Below, piece after piece: positions 8,228-18,004 of a stretch of DNA of 44,285 bases. The DNA is from an archaeon (GTDB taxonomy: Archaea; Iainarchaeota; Iainarchaeia; Iainarchaeales; 1-14-0-10-31-34). Each line of letters opens with the position of its first letter. The stretch's first letter is position 1. Below the pieces are notes generated by a model. The model saw only the letters and a list, made by a program, of their open reading frames with translations, was not told where the DNA came from and made no database searches. Made by a program: the position numbers and the translations under genes. The stretch is from NCBI GenBank assembly GCA_043819075.1, contig JBDRFE010000019.1, positions 1 through 44,285 on the forward strand, read 5' to 3'.

Positions 8228-9619
8228 ATGCTTAAACTGTATAATTCTTTAACAAAAAAAAAGCAGGCTTTCAAGCCATTAAAAGCCAAAGAAGTAAAAA
8301 TGTATACTTGTGGCCCGACAGTATATGATTTTGCCCACATCGGAAACTTCAGAGCCTATGTATTTGAAGACTTATTAAGGCGTTATCTGAAATTTAAAGG
8401 ATTCAAAGTTGTTCAGGTAATGAATTTAACTGACGTGGACGACAAAACAATTAAAGGCGCCGGAGACGCAGGAATTTCTTTGAATGATTTCACTCAAAAA
8501 TTCAAACAAGCTTTTTTTGAAGACATTAAAACCCTGAACATAGAAAAAGCAGAGTTTTATCCTGAAGCAACTAAAACCATTCCAGAAATGGTTGAATTAA
8601 TCCAAAAACTATTAAAAAAAGGCTTTGCTTACAAAGGCGAGGACAACAGCATTTATTTTTCAATAAAAAAATTCAAGAACTATGGAAAGCTTTCAGGCTT
8701 TAAAATAAAAGAATTAAAATCTGGGGCAAGAGTTTCGCAAGACGAATACGAAAAAGAGAATGCAAGAGATTTTGCTTTATGGAAGGCTTTTGACGAAAAA
8801 GACAAAAATGTTTTCTGGGAAACAAGTTTAGGAAAAGGAAGGCCAGGCTGGCACATTGAATGCAGTGCAATGTCAATGAAGTATTTGGGTGAAAGCTTTG
8901 ACATTCATACTGGAGGAATTGACAACAAATTCCCGCACCATGAAAACGAAATCGCGCAATCAGAGGGTGCAACAGGAAAAAAATTCGTTAATTACTGGTT
9001 GCATTGCTCTCATCTGATAGTTGACGGAAAAAAAATGTCAAAGTCTTTAGGCAATTTTTATGCTTTAAGGGACTTAATTCAAAAAGGCTTTTCTTCTCAG
9101 GCAATCCGTTTTGTTTTGCTTTCAGCGCATTACAGGAGTGAATTAAATTTTTCTGAAAACTCTTTAAAAGAAGCCCAGAATTCAGTTGACAGGTTCAATG
9201 AATTTATTTCAAAGTTAAATAAAATTAAATCAGCTGAAGGAACTGAAGTAAAAACATTTATTGAAAAAGCCAATTCTTTTTTTGAAAAAGCCTTGGATGA
9301 TGATTTAAACATCAGTTTGGCTTTGACTTCCCTAAACGATTTTTTGAAAGAAATCAACAGGCTGGTTGACGAAAAAAAGCTTTCAGAAAAAAATTCAGCT
9401 GAAATCATTTCTTTTTTGAAAAAAATTGACTCTGTTTTAGGGGTAATGAATTTTGCTGAACAAGAACTTGAATCAGAGCTCAAAAAACTTATTGAAGAAA
9501 GAGAGAAAGCAAGAAAAGAAATGAATTGGAGTAAAGCAGACGAGTTAAGGGATTTGCTGAGAAAAAAGGGAATTGAGTTAAGTGATTCAAAAGACGGCGT
9601 TAGATGGAAAAAAATTTAA
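8228..9619 (+). CDS. cysS: Cysteine--tRNA ligase
   Basis: YTCGPTVYDFAHIGN, GRPGWHIECSAM, FPHHENEIAQ, KMSKS. Confidence 0.97.
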   Translation: MLKLYNSLTKKKQAFKPLKAKEVKMYTCGPTVYDFAHIGNFRAYVFEDLLRRYLKFKGFKVVQVMNLTDVDDKTIKGAGDAGISLNDFTQKFKQAFFEDIKTLNIEKAEFYPEATKTIPEMVELIQKLLKKGFAYKGEDNSIYFSIKKFKNYGKLSGFKIKELKSGARVSQDEYEKENARDFALWKAFDEKDKNVFWETSLGKGRPGWHIECSAMSMKYLGESFDIHTGGIDNKFPHHENEIAQSEGATGKKFVNYWLHCSHLIVDGKKMSKSLGNFYALRDLIQKGFSSQAIRFVLLSAHYRSELNFSENSLKEAQNSVDRFNEFISKLNKIKSAEGTEVKTFIEKANSFFEKALDDDLNISLALTSLNDFLKEINRLVDEKKLSEKNSAEIISFLKKIDSVLGVMNFAEQELESELKKLIEEREKARKEMNWSKADELRDLLRKKGIELSDSKDGVRWKKI

Positions 9620-9661
9620 CCCGTCATTTTTATATACTTCTAATGCCTTTTTATTGCTGGA

Positions 9662-11443
9662 ATGATTGAAGAAATTTTTTCTTTTGCCGGAATTGAGTTC
9701 ATGCAGGGCTCTGGCTTAGTGTTTGAGTTAGGCTTAATAGTGGTTTTTGCCACTTTAACTGCTTTAATTGGCAGGTTTTTGAAGCAACCGTTAATTTTGT
9801 CTTATATTGTTGCTGGCTTGATTATTGGGCCAATTGGATTGAATTTAATCGGCTTAACTGAAGGCGGAGAAAACATTCTGCTTATTTCAGAGCTTGGAAT
9901 CGCTTTTTTGTTGTTCACTGTAGGAGTTGAATCAGATTTAAATAAATTAAAGAACATGGGAAAAATTGTTTTTTTTGGGGGAATAATACAGGTTTTATTG
10001 ACTTTAATCATAAGCTTTTTTCTTTTCAGTGTTTTAGGATTAGATTTCATTGTATCAGTTTATCTTGGATTAATTCTTGCTTTCAGTTCAACTAGTGTTG
10101 TAATAAAGCATTTATCTGATTCACAGAAACTGAATACTTTGCATGGAAGATTAATGATTGGTTTTTTGATTGTACAGGATTTTTTGATTGTCCTTGCATT
10201 GCCTTTGGTTTCAGTTAACTCTTTTTCTTTTACTGTTGTTATTCCGATTATAGCCAAAGGAGTGCTTTTATTGTTGTTTGCTTTTTTGTTAGGCAAACAC
10301 GTTTTTTCTAGGATTATATCTTATTCTTCGAGAAGCCAGGAATTATTGTTTTTAAGCGGGTTAAGCACTTGTTTTGTTTTTATTTTTATTTCTTCTTTGC
10401 TTGATTTTTCTCCTGCTATCGGAGCTTTTCTTGCAGGCTTAAGCCTTTCTTCTTTGTCCACTAACCTTGAATTAGTGGGAAAAATCAGGGGCATAAGGGA
10501 TTTTTTTGTTACAGTGTTTTTTGTTTCTCTTGGAATGCAGTTAACTTTAGTGTTTTCTAATTCAATTGAATTTGTTTTGCTTGTTGCTGGTTTAATGCTT
10601 TTTGTTGTTTTGATTTTAAAGCCATTAATTTTTTCTTTGATAAGCATTTTTTCCGGCTATGGCACAAGAAACGGCTTGTTGGTTGGGTTTTCTTTGGCGC
10701 AGATTTCAGAGTTTTCTTTTATTTTAGCTGCACAAGGTTTTAATTCAAGTGTTTTGTCTTCTGACTTGTTTTCAATTACTGTTATTGTTACTGCAATTAC
10801 AATGGCTTTAACTCCGTATTTCATGAATTCAAGTGAAAGCATTTATGTACTGCTTTCAAGATTTTTTCATCCTTTTTCGAATAAATTTCGTTTTGTCAGC
10901 AAATTAAATGACTTGGAAAGGCTTCCGGAAGAAAAGGAACTGGAAAAGCATATTGTTGTTGTTGGTGCTGGAGTAATGGGTTCAAGCATTGCTCAAGCCA
11001 TTGGAAGGCATAATGATGTTGTTGTAATAGACCATGACCCTGATGTTATTTTTAACCAGATAAAGCTTGGAATTAATTCTGTTTGCGGGAACATTGAAAA
11101 CAATGAAATCTGGGATAAAGTTAATTTGTCTAAAGCTTCCTTGCTGGTTATTGCTATTCCAGACATTGTGTATGCACTTTATTTGGTGAAAAAAGCAAAA
11201 GGATTTAATCCTGAAATATCTATTTTTGCCAGAGCTAAAACCAAAAGAGATGCATTAGAATTGTATGAAAACCAGGTTGATTTTGTAATTATTCCAGACA
11301 TTATTGGCGGAAATGTTTTTATTAAAAACATCAGTGTTTTTCTTGAAACAGGAAAAGTCTTAAACATTTCTAATTTCAGGGAAGAATTTGTTAATTACTT
11401 AAAAGAAGAAACAAAAGATGAAAAAAATTATTTTAAACTGTAA
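9662..11443 (+). CDS. CPA2/Kef-type cation:proton antiporter with C-terminal TrkA-N (RCK) domain
   Basis: Many TM helices; FSSTSVVIK, LIVQD, SLAQISEFSFI; VVGAGVMG Rossmann motif. Confidence 0.92.
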   Translation: MIEEIFSFAGIEFMQGSGLVFELGLIVVFATLTALIGRFLKQPLILSYIVAGLIIGPIGLNLIGLTEGGENILLISELGIAFLLFTVGVESDLNKLKNMGKIVFFGGIIQVLLTLIISFFLFSVLGLDFIVSVYLGLILAFSSTSVVIKHLSDSQKLNTLHGRLMIGFLIVQDFLIVLALPLVSVNSFSFTVVIPIIAKGVLLLLFAFLLGKHVFSRIISYSSRSQELLFLSGLSTCFVFIFISSLLDFSPAIGAFLAGLSLSSLSTNLELVGKIRGIRDFFVTVFFVSLGMQLTLVFSNSIEFVLLVAGLMLFVVLILKPLIFSLISIFSGYGTRNGLLVGFSLAQISEFSFILAAQGFNSSVLSSDLFSITVIVTAITMALTPYFMNSSESIYVLLSRFFHPFSNKFRFVSKLNDLERLPEEKELEKHIVVVGAGVMGSSIAQAIGRHNDVVVIDHDPDVIFNQIKLGINSVCGNIENNEIWDKVNLSKASLLVIAIPDIVYALYLVKKAKGFNPEISIFARAKTKRDALELYENQVDFVIIPDIIGGNVFIKNISVFLETGKVLNISNFREEFVNYLKEETKDEKNYFKL

Positions 11444-11448
11444 ATTTT

Positions 11449-11748
11449 TCAGAACCTGAAAAGTTTTTCTTCAAATCCTGTTATTTTTCCTTTTTTTACC
11501 TGAACGCCTTCTTTTTTTAATAACTGTATTTTCTTTTTTGTTCCTGAAGCAAACCCGCCTAAGCTTCCATTGCTTTTAACGACTCTGTGGCATGGAACTC
11601 TTGGAGAAAAAGGGTTTTTGTTGCATGCGTTTCCAACTGCACGAAAAGCTTTTGGCTTTCCAACTGCTTTAGAGATTTCTTCGTAAGTTGAAATTTTTCC
11701 TTTGGGAATTTTTTTTATTGTATTCCAGACTCTTTCATTAAAGTTCAT
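11449..11748 (-). CDS. ogt: Methylated-DNA--protein-cysteine methyltransferase (MGMT, C-terminal domain only)
   Basis: IPKGKISTY, RAVGNA, PCHRVV. Confidence 0.9.
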   Translation of the reverse strand: MNFNERVWNTIKKIPKGKISTYEEISKAVGKPKAFRAVGNACNKNPFSPRVPCHRVVKSNGSLGGFASGTKKKIQLLKKEGVQVKKGKITGFEEKLFRF

Positions 11749-11826
11749 TCAAATCTTTTTTTTTCTTTTGTTTTTTCACTGAAATTCATTCAGGCAATTT
11801 TTTTTCATTCAGCTTTTTTTTTGTTT

Positions 11827-12405
11827 TTATTCAAATCCATAAAGTTTGTTTTCTTTAATGTATTCAAAAACTTTTTCCGGCAAAAAAACCGAGACATCTT
11901 TTTGTTCTTTTAATCCTTTTCTGATCATTGTTGAAGAAAGGTTGCTGCTTAAGCTTGGCTGGACAAGAATCGGATGGTGTTTTTTAACTACATCAGGGAT
12001 TTTAGCTGAATCAAAAACCGAGACAATAATGAATTTAACTTCTTTGAGGAGTTCCACGTGATTTTTCCATTTATGGAATTCGTTTAACCCTTTTTCTGCT
12101 ATAATAAAATAAAACGTGTCTTCCGGAAACATTTTTTTTAGTTCTTTCACTGAATCAATTGAATAAGTTATTTTTTTCTTGTTTAATTCAAGTTCATTTA
12201 ATTCAAAGCCTTTTTTTCCTTTAATGGCTAATTCAATCATTTTTTTCCTGTGAATTGCATCAGACAGCTTTTTTTTTAACGGGTTCTGGTAGCACGGCAT
12301 AAACCAGATTTTGTCGCACAGTCCTTTTTCCAGGACTTTTTCTGCTGCAATCAAGTGCCCTGAATGCACTGGGTCAAAAGAACCGCCAAATAATCCGATT
12401 TTCAT
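11827..12405 (-). CDS. nadD: Nicotinate-nucleotide adenylyltransferase (bacterial NadD type)
   Basis: IGLFGGSFDPVHSGH, TYSIDSV, FHKWK, SSTMIR, YIKENKLY. Confidence 0.9.
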   Translation of the reverse strand: MKIGLFGGSFDPVHSGHLIAAEKVLEKGLCDKIWFMPCYQNPLKKKLSDAIHRKKMIELAIKGKKGFELNELELNKKKITYSIDSVKELKKMFPEDTFYFIIAEKGLNEFHKWKNHVELLKEVKFIIVSVFDSAKIPDVVKKHHPILVQPSLSSNLSSTMIRKGLKEQKDVSVFLPEKVFEYIKENKLYGFE

Positions 12406-12423
12406 TTTTATTTCACTGTTAAA

Positions 12424-13245
12424 TTAAGTCAGAAGCAAACTTAAATTTATTGCCTTAACTGAATGAGTTAAAAAGCCCATTGAAATAAAGTCTGCTTTCA
12501 AAGAAGAATATTTTTTGAGGTTAAAAAAATTAATGTTTCCTGACAGTTCAACTTTAATGCCTTTTTTCTTTATTTCTTTTAATGCTTTTCCCGCGTTTTT
12601 AACAGAAAAATTGTCCAGCATGATTACATCTGGTTCAGCCAAGATTGCTTCTTTTACTTCTTTAAAGTTTTTTACTTCAACTTCAACTATTTTTTTTTGC
12701 CTGTTTTTTTTGTTTTCTTTTTTTGCTTTTTCAGTTAATTCTGTAATTGAATTGAATTTCAGATGGTTTTCTTTTATCAAAAAAGCTGTGTTAAGGTTTT
12801 TCCTGTGAGGAAGTATTCCTGCTTCTATTGCGGCTTTTTTATCGAATTCATTGAAGCCAGGCAAAGTCTTTCTTGAAAGCATTATCTTTGTTTTTCCAGC
12901 AATTTTTTGGGCTTTAACTGAAAGAGTTGCTATTCCACTCATTCTGCTTAAGACATTTAATGCGGTTCTTTCAGCTGAAAGAATTTTTTTGTTGCTTCCA
13001 AAAAGCTTTAATAAAATTTTTCCTTTTTTGACTGCTTTTCCGTTTTCTGAAAAAAGTTTAACTTTTACCCCAAAATATTCAAACAAATATTTTGCTTCTT
13101 CTAAACCTGAAATAACCGCGTTTTCTTTTAATCTGATTTCTGCACTGCATTTTTTTTCTGAAATTAATTCTGTGGTTATGTCTTTTCCTGCAATATCTTC
13201 TTTAACAAAAGAAACAAGTTTTTTTTTCATTTCATTGCTCAGCAT
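12424..13245 (-). CDS. nadC: Quinolinate phosphoribosyltransferase (nicotinate-nucleotide pyrophosphorylase)
   Basis: ERTALN..RMSGIAT, SRKTLPG, HR, LIKENH, EVEV, IMLDN, SGNI. Confidence 0.9.
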   Translation of the reverse strand: MLSNEMKKKLVSFVKEDIAGKDITTELISEKKCSAEIRLKENAVISGLEEAKYLFEYFGVKVKLFSENGKAVKKGKILLKLFGSNKKILSAERTALNVLSRMSGIATLSVKAQKIAGKTKIMLSRKTLPGFNEFDKKAAIEAGILPHRKNLNTAFLIKENHLKFNSITELTEKAKKENKKNRQKKIVEVEVKNFKEVKEAILAEPDVIMLDNFSVKNAGKALKEIKKKGIKVELSGNINFFNLKKYSSLKADFISMGFLTHSVKAINLSLLLT

Positions 13246-13253
13246 TGCATCCC

Positions 13254-14003
13254 CTAAACTTCAATTTTTTCTGTTTTCTCTGTTTTATGCCTGTTTTCTT
13301 TTATTCTTTTAATCAGTTTTTCGGCTTTTTCGCCGAATTTTTCAGTCAATTGTTTTTCTGTTTTTTCTTTCTCCATTTCCCTTAAAATTTCATCTATTTC
13401 CTTATAACTTAAACCTAAATCTTTTTCGTCTGTCTGGTCTTCCTCTAATTCAGCTGAAGGCTTTCTTTGAATTATTTTTTCAGGTATTCCAATTGTTTTT
13501 GATATTTCAATTACTTCTGTTTTGAATAAATTTCCTATTGGAAGGAAATCGCTTGCCCCGTCGCCGAATTTAGTGAAATAGCCTAACATTAACTCTGTTT
13601 TGTTTGAAGTTCCGACAACAATTGCATTATGCTTGTTAGCGTAATTGTATAATACTGTCATTCTAATCCTTGGCTTTAAATTTGTTTTTGACGTCCTGTT
13701 TTGCTCCCATGGAAGCAGTTTAAAGAATGGCTTGAAGAAATCGTTTATATCAACTTCAATTGCTTTTATGCCTAATTTTTCTGCTAATTCTTTTGCGTAT
13801 TCAGCGCTTTCAGGGCTGTTGGTTTTTTCTGGCATGATTAATCCAAAAACATTTTCTTTTCCAATTGCTTCTGAAACAATTTTTGCTGTAAGCGAGGAAT
13901 CAATGCCGCCGCTTAATCCGAGAACTGCTTTTTGGAATCTTTGTTTTTCAAAAAACTTTTTTGTTTTTTCAACCAGTTTTTTGTACTTTTCTTCTGGCTT
14001 CAT
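13254..14003 (-). CDS. nadE: NH3-dependent NAD+ synthetase
   Basis: LGLSGGIDS, NLKPRIRM, GTSNKTE, GYFTKFGDG, PSAEL. Confidence 0.95.
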   Translation of the reverse strand: MKPEEKYKKLVEKTKKFFEKQRFQKAVLGLSGGIDSSLTAKIVSEAIGKENVFGLIMPEKTNSPESAEYAKELAEKLGIKAIEVDINDFFKPFFKLLPWEQNRTSKTNLKPRIRMTVLYNYANKHNAIVVGTSNKTELMLGYFTKFGDGASDFLPIGNLFKTEVIEISKTIGIPEKIIQRKPSAELEEDQTDEKDLGLSYKEIDEILREMEKEKTEKQLTEKFGEKAEKLIKRIKENRHKTEKTEKIEV

Positions 14004-14056
14004 TTAAACACTTGAATCACGTAAAGTTTAAATACAAATTCAAAGCCAATTGTTTA

Positions 14057-14650
14057 ATGAAAGAAAAAACTGTAATTGTTTCTGGTTTCAGCGGTTCAGG
14101 AAAAAGCAATTTAGTTGAATGCATTGCAAAAAAATTTAACTTAAAATGCATTCACACTTCAGCCTTGTTAAGGGAAATAATTGAAAACCATTCAACCGAG
14201 CTTTCAAAAGAAAATAATGTGGGAAATAAAGGCTGGTGGGAAAGCAGTAAAGGAAAAAAAATGATTGAAGAAAGGCTTATCCAAACAGAATATGATAAGC
14301 TGTTAGATAAAAAGCTTTTAGAGTTAATTGAAGAAGGAAGCATTGCAATGGATTCTTGGACAATGGGTTATTTAAGCAATAAAGGCTTTAAAATCTGGCT
14401 TTCTGCTTCAGCTGAAACCCGTGCGAAAAGAATTTCTAAAAGAAACAATCAGCCTTTGGATAAAGTCCTTGAAGCAATTAAGTCAAAAGAAGAAAAAACA
14501 ACTGAAATCTACAAAAAACTTTATGGTTTTACTTTAGGCGAAAACCTTGAAAAATTTAATCTGGTAATTGACACTGAAGGCATTTCAGAAAAACAAGTGC
14601 AAAAAATTGCTTTAAAGGAATTAAAAGAAAAGTATTTTCAAAAAGATTAA
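14057..14650 (+). CDS. cmk: Cytidylate kinase (archaeal type)
   Basis: P-loop SGFSGSGKS, KIWLSAS..RAKRI, YKKLYG, VIDT. Start re-called to ATG 14057. Confidence 0.85.
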   Translation: MKEKTVIVSGFSGSGKSNLVECIAKKFNLKCIHTSALLREIIENHSTELSKENNVGNKGWWESSKGKKMIEERLIQTEYDKLLDKKLLELIEEGSIAMDSWTMGYLSNKGFKIWLSASAETRAKRISKRNNQPLDKVLEAIKSKEEKTTEIYKKLYGFTLGENLEKFNLVIDTEGISEKQVQKIALKELKEKYFQKD

Positions 14651-14651
14651 G

Positions 14652-14855
14652 CTATTTTTTTGTCGCCAGCCTGATGTCAGAGTCAATGATTGTTTTTCTG
14701 TTAGCGTGTTTAGCGTATTCGCCTGCCTGCCTTGAAATTTTTTCTCCTTCTAATTCCAAAAACAAGCCTAATTCTTTTGCTGCAGTTTCACTAACCCTTA
14801 AACCAGAACTTTTTCTGATAATTCTATCCAATGCAGCCAAAGGCAGTTCAGCCAT
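14652..14855 (-). CDS. Archaeal histone (HMf family)
   Basis: MAELPLAALDRIIR, RVSETA, AKHANRKTI..DIRLA; SD GGAGG upstream. Confidence 0.95.
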   Translation of the reverse strand: MAELPLAALDRIIRKSSGLRVSETAAKELGLFLELEGEKISRQAGEYAKHANRKTIIDSDIRLATKK

Positions 14856-15039
14856 AAAAAAAGCCTCCTTTTCTTCTCTAAAGAATATAATTCCTTTATT
14901 TAAAAATCTATTGCTTTTGGAAGGCTTTAATCGAATTTAAAGCAAACTAATGCCCTTAAAAAAGGAATAAATGTGCCTGAAAACTTCACTGGCAGTTTGG
15001 TTCAATTTGTTTTTTAATTGAATTCTACTAGATTTTTTT

Positions 15040-17325
15040 ATGGCTTTTGTAAAGCATCCGTTAATCAAAGAAAACTCTATTGAATCAAGAATTTACCAGG
15101 AAGTGTTGACTGCAAGGGTTTTAGAGAAAGGCAATTCTTTGGTTGTAGCGCCGACTGCTTTAGGCAAAACAGTTGTTGCTTCAATGGTTTCAGCTTTTCT
15201 GCTGGAAAAAAAACCAGAAAAAAAAATTTTAGTTGTTTCGCCTACAAAGCCTTTGGCAGTCCAGCATTTTAATTCATTCAAAAAATTCCTGAACTTAAAA
15301 GAAAACCAGATTTCTTTAATGACTGGCTCAATTCCTTCAAAAAAAAGAATTCTTTTATGGAATGATTCCAAAATAATTTCCGCTACCCCGCAATCAATTG
15401 AAAACGATTTATTGCAGGGAAAAATTTCTTTTAAAGAAATTTCTTTAATTGTATTTGATGAAGCCCACAGGGCAGTAGGAGATTACAGTTATGTTTTTTT
15501 GGCGCAAAATTTTGTAAAACAAAACCCTGAAGGAATAATTTTAGGGTTAACTGCTTCTCCAGGAGGAAAAAAAGAAAGAATTGATGATGTCTGCAAAAAT
15601 TTGTTCATCAAAAACATTGAAATCAAGTCAGAAAAAGACGCTGATGTAAAGCCTTATGTAAATGAAATTGAATCAGAGTGGATTAAAGTAAATCTTCCAG
15701 CTGAATTTCTTGAAATAAAAGCATTGTTAAGAGAATTCATGAAAGAACAATTGGTGTTCTTAAAAAAATTTGGTTTTGCGCAAAGCATTTCAGTGCAATA
15801 CATTCGAAGAACTGATTTAATTGAAATGCAGTCAAAGATTAGAAGGCAGATTGCTTCTAATCCAAGCAAAAACCCTGCCTTGTTTACCGCGATTTCAAGG
15901 TTAGCTGCTTTATTGAAGGTTTCTCATGCAGAATTATTGCTTGAAACCCAAGGCATTAATTCCTTGAATGAGTATTTTTCCAGGCTGCAAAGCGATGCAG
16001 GAAAAAGCTCCACTAAAGCAGTGAAATTTCTTGTCTCAGATGAATCAATTGCAAAAGCAATGCGTTTGGCAAAAGAATTGCAGGAAAAAAAAATTGAGCA
16101 CCCAAAATTATTGGAATTAATTAATGTATTAAAAAAACAGTTCTCTGAAAACCCTGAAAGCAAGGTCTTAGTGTTTAATCATTACCGTGAATCAGTTTCT
16201 TTTTTAGAAAAACAGTTAAATGCTTTTCCTGAAATAAAAGCAAAAAAGTTTATTGGTCAGGCATCAAAGCAAAACGTAAAAGGAATGAACCAAAAAGAAC
16301 AAATAAAAACTATTGAAGAATTAAAAGAAGGAAAATACAATACTCTTGTCTGCACCGCGGTCGCTGAAGAAGGTCTTGACATACCGGCTGTTGATTTAGT
16401 TGTTTTTTTTGAGCCTGTTCCCTCTGAAATAAGGACAATTCAAAGGCGCGGAAGAACTGGAAGGCTTTCGAAAGGAAAAACAATTATTTTAATGGCTAAA
16501 GGAACAAGAGACGAGGCTTTTTACTGGAGTAGTGTTGCAAAAGAAAGGAAGATGAAGTCAACTTTAAGTGACATGAAAAGACTGCAACAGAATTCTCTTG
16601 AAGAAAAAATGGTTTCAAGGAAAATGGATTCCCAGATGACGTTAAATTCTTTTTCTCCTGCAGGCGATTTGATTTTAATTTTTGTTGATTCAAGAGAACA
16701 CGCCTCTAATGCAGTAAGAGAGTTAAGCAAATTAGAGAATGTTTCAGTTAAAGTAAAACAGCTTGAAATAGGAGACTATGTTTTAAGCGATGACGTGATA
16801 GTTGAAAGAAAAACCGTTGAAGATTTTCTGGCTTCAATGTTAGATGGAAGATTGTTTTCACAGCTGGTTGATTTAAGCGCTAACTGCAAAAAGCCTTTAA
16901 TGATTGTTGAAGGAAAAAAACAGGATTTATTTACTTTAAGGCATATTCATGAGAATGCAATCAAAGGCGCTTTAAGTTCAATTCTTTTAGACTATCAGGT
17001 GCCGATTTTGTTCACTGACTCTGTTGAAGAAACAGTTTCTTTTTTGTATTTGATTGCAAAAAGAGAGCAGTTAGGCAAAGCAAAAGAAATCCGCTTGAGA
17101 GTTGGTGGAAGAAAAGGCCTGTCAGTTCCTGAATTACAGCAGTTTGTAGTAGAGTCTCTGCCTTTAATCGGCCCCACTTTAGCTAAAAATCTTTTAAGAA
17201 AGTTTAAGTCAATTAAAAAATTGTTTAATGCAAGCGAAAAACAGTTAATGAAGACAGAGAAAGTCGGTGAAAAAAAAGCAAAAGAAATAAGGAAATTAAT
17301 TGAAGCAGAATATAAAGAAGAATAG
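15040..17325 (+). CDS. hef: Hef helicase/nuclease (DEAH helicase + ERCC4 nuclease + HhH)
   Basis: PTALGKT, DEAH, TASPG, EEGLDIP, QRRGRTGR, GDY..VERKTVED, PLIGPTLA. Confidence 0.95.
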   Translation: MAFVKHPLIKENSIESRIYQEVLTARVLEKGNSLVVAPTALGKTVVASMVSAFLLEKKPEKKILVVSPTKPLAVQHFNSFKKFLNLKENQISLMTGSIPSKKRILLWNDSKIISATPQSIENDLLQGKISFKEISLIVFDEAHRAVGDYSYVFLAQNFVKQNPEGIILGLTASPGGKKERIDDVCKNLFIKNIEIKSEKDADVKPYVNEIESEWIKVNLPAEFLEIKALLREFMKEQLVFLKKFGFAQSISVQYIRRTDLIEMQSKIRRQIASNPSKNPALFTAISRLAALLKVSHAELLLETQGINSLNEYFSRLQSDAGKSSTKAVKFLVSDESIAKAMRLAKELQEKKIEHPKLLELINVLKKQFSENPESKVLVFNHYRESVSFLEKQLNAFPEIKAKKFIGQASKQNVKGMNQKEQIKTIEELKEGKYNTLVCTAVAEEGLDIPAVDLVVFFEPVPSEIRTIQRRGRTGRLSKGKTIILMAKGTRDEAFYWSSVAKERKMKSTLSDMKRLQQNSLEEKMVSRKMDSQMTLNSFSPAGDLILIFVDSREHASNAVRELSKLENVSVKVKQLEIGDYVLSDDVIVERKTVEDFLASMLDGRLFSQLVDLSANCKKPLMIVEGKKQDLFTLRHIHENAIKGALSSILLDYQVPILFTDSVEETVSFLYLIAKREQLGKAKEIRLRVGGRKGLSVPELQQFVVESLPLIGPTLAKNLLRKFKSIKKLFNASEKQLMKTEKVGEKKAKEIRKLIEAEYKEE

Positions 17326-17390
17326 CCACTCAAAACTATTTATTAAGCTTTTCAGTATAATAATATTGTATTTACTTAAGGGTGATAATT

Positions 17391-17756
17391 ATGCCGGGAT
17401 TAAATGTTAAGACAAGCCTGTTTCCTTACAGGATGAAATTAAGGACAAGAGAGCCACTTGAATTAACTTTCAGTGTAACCAACAATGGAATAAAGCCAAA
17501 ACTTATTTCTTTTATTCTGGAACTGCCAGCTCAGTTAGGCTTGGATAAAGCCGGAGTGAACAGGGTTATAAGGAAAAGGCTCGCAGAAAAATTAGTTCAA
17601 GGGCAGACAAGAAAATTTTCTTACGAAATTTTTCCGTCAAAAGTAGTTGAAACAGGAGAATACACTGCATTGCTGGAAGTTTCAGAGCACTTTAATGACT
17701 ACAATTATGTCTTAGAAAACAAGACAGAAGAAATAGCAATTAAAGTAGAGGATTAA
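17391..17756 (+). CDS. Hypothetical protein with predicted Ig-like beta-sandwich
   Basis: LTFSVTNNG...GEY..LEV pattern; SD GGTGA before ATG 17391. Confidence 0.6.
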   Translation: MPGLNVKTSLFPYRMKLRTREPLELTFSVTNNGIKPKLISFILELPAQLGLDKAGVNRVIRKRLAEKLVQGQTRKFSYEIFPSKVVETGEYTALLEVSEHFNDYNYVLENKTEEIAIKVED

Positions 17757-18004
17757 ACAACTTTTTCAAAAAGTTGTATCAAACTGCCTTTTTTAAGAAA
17801 AGGCAAGTTGCAACTTAATTCCAAAAAGGAATTAAATGCACACTAAAAACAACTTTTAAGAAAAGTTGTATCAAAAATGCTGACACATAAAAGTTTTAGT
17901 AGTGCCCAAAAAGAAAAAGGTGCACCACATAAAGTGGTGCTAGCACGGCTTTATGCCGTGCATCGTCACCGCCGAGCGAAATCGGCGACTGACAGTGGCA
18001 GTTT
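17757..18004. repeat. Intergenic array of tandem palindromes/hairpins between convergent genes
   Basis: ACAACTTTTT-C-AAAAAGTTGT-ATCAAA (17757) and a second copy at 17849; TGCCTTTT/AAAAGGCA; TTAATTCC/GGAATTAA; GCACCAC-ATAAA-GTGGTGC; GCACGGC-TTTAT-GCCGTGC; CGCCGA-GCGAAA-TCGGCG; outer AAACTGCC...GGCAGTTT. Confidence 0.85.

Noticed and set aside
13961..14056. N-terminal extensions given by the ORF track (also at 25432, 28858, 29082, 33854)
   Set aside because: They overlap neighbouring genes or promoter regions; downstream starts with SD motifs or coupled stops fit family sizes better.
17757..18004. CRISPR array or hammerhead ribozyme
   Set aside because: Only two copies of the ~27-bp unit with no regular spacers or cas genes; no CUGANGA core correctly placed relative to the CGAAA on the same strand.
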